The position numbers were made by a program, and so were the translations under genes. Source: Eledone cirrhosa (Eukaryota). From it: a DNA stretch of 64,000 nucleotides. Each line of letters starts with the position of its first letter. The stretch's first letter is position 1. Shown here one piece after another: positions 63,182 to 64,000 of the stretch. The stretch spans positions 3,534,001 to 3,598,000 of the forward strand of contig OZ024745.1 in the NCBI GenBank assembly GCA_964016885.1, read 5' to 3'. The notes beneath the pieces were generated by a model. The model saw nothing but the letters and a program-made list of their open reading frames with translations, was not told the origin of the DNA and made no database searches.

Positions 63182-64000
63182 AGAAAATAAGGCGGCGGTC
63201 CCTTCCGGGAAGTGGCCATGCTCAGTGTGTAGGAAAGGCGTAGGTAGAAACTCCATTTTGTGTCCCAAATGCAAAGTATGGGTGCATAAAATATGTAGTG
63301 GGATCACAGGTAAGCTAACTAAGAACATAGATTTTACATGTGGCCAGTGCTCTGGTGCAATAAGTAGCAGCAAGTGCCCAAAAAATACTAGCTCTTTCAA
63401 CTGCGCAGAGGGTTCTATAGAAATAGTGGACAACTTCCGTTACCTGGGTGACAAAATCAGCAGTGGGGTAGGGTGCTCTGAAAGTACAGTAGCTAGAGTC
63501 AGAACTGGATGGAAAAAGTTCAGAGAGCTTATACCACTATTAGCCGCTAAAGGGTTCTCCCTAAAAATGAAAGGCAGGTTGTATGATGCCTGCATACGAA
63601 CAGCAATGTTGCATGGCAGTGAGACCTGGGCATTATGTGCAGAGGATATACGCAGACTAGAGAGGAACGAAGCTTGCATGCTCCGCTGGATGTGTAATAG
63701 TAATATACGTGAACGGCAAAGCATAAACGAACTAAGGAAAAAATTAGAAATAAGAGGGATCAGATGTTGTTTACTCGAGAGAAGGCTACGTTGGTATGGT
63801 CACGTGATGCGCATGAAAGACGATAGCTGTATAACAAAGTGCAGGGCAATAAAGATAGACGGTAGCCACGGAATAGGCAGACCCAGAAAAACCTGGGACG
63901 AGCTGATAAATTCCGACCTCACACACTTATACCTCTCCAAGACAATGTCACTGGACCGAGACCTTTGGCGGTACTCAGTAATAGAGAAGACCCGCCTTAC
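63180..64000 (+). mobile_element. RTE LINE copy, 5'-truncated, continues past window
   Basis: KENKAAVPSGKWPC... to KTRL, near-identical to the other copies. Confidence 0.92.

Overview
Eukaryotic, gene-free, AT-rich repeat nest. It is most likely a cephalopod (octopus-like) genome, inferred from the SINE, RTE and Dong content. Long impure (TA)n/(TATG)n/(TACA)n microsatellites are the insertion sites of a stack of retroelements. These are: about 9 copies or fragments of one RTE-clade LINE (one full-length with an intact 1081-aa APE-RT ORF, a PHD finger inside the RT, a tandem-monomer 5' region and a (GAT)n tail); 7 copies of a ~600-bp non-autonomous RTE derivative ending in (TA)n; several Penelope-like elements (Naiad-type CxCx5C linker, GIY-YIG) with inverted pseudo-LTRs; two R4/Dong fragments; a CR1-group LINE; tRNA-SINEs; and MITEs. 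Reading by eye gives 11 hammerhead-ribozyme motifs from 6 families. Two families carry the compensated U3-A8 core, and one of these lies in a 591-nt non-coding retrozyme-like unit. One insertion has a ~115-bp target-site duplication that copies microsatellite. All YI-repeat ORFs are artefacts. Family assignments come from motif recognition, not database searches.
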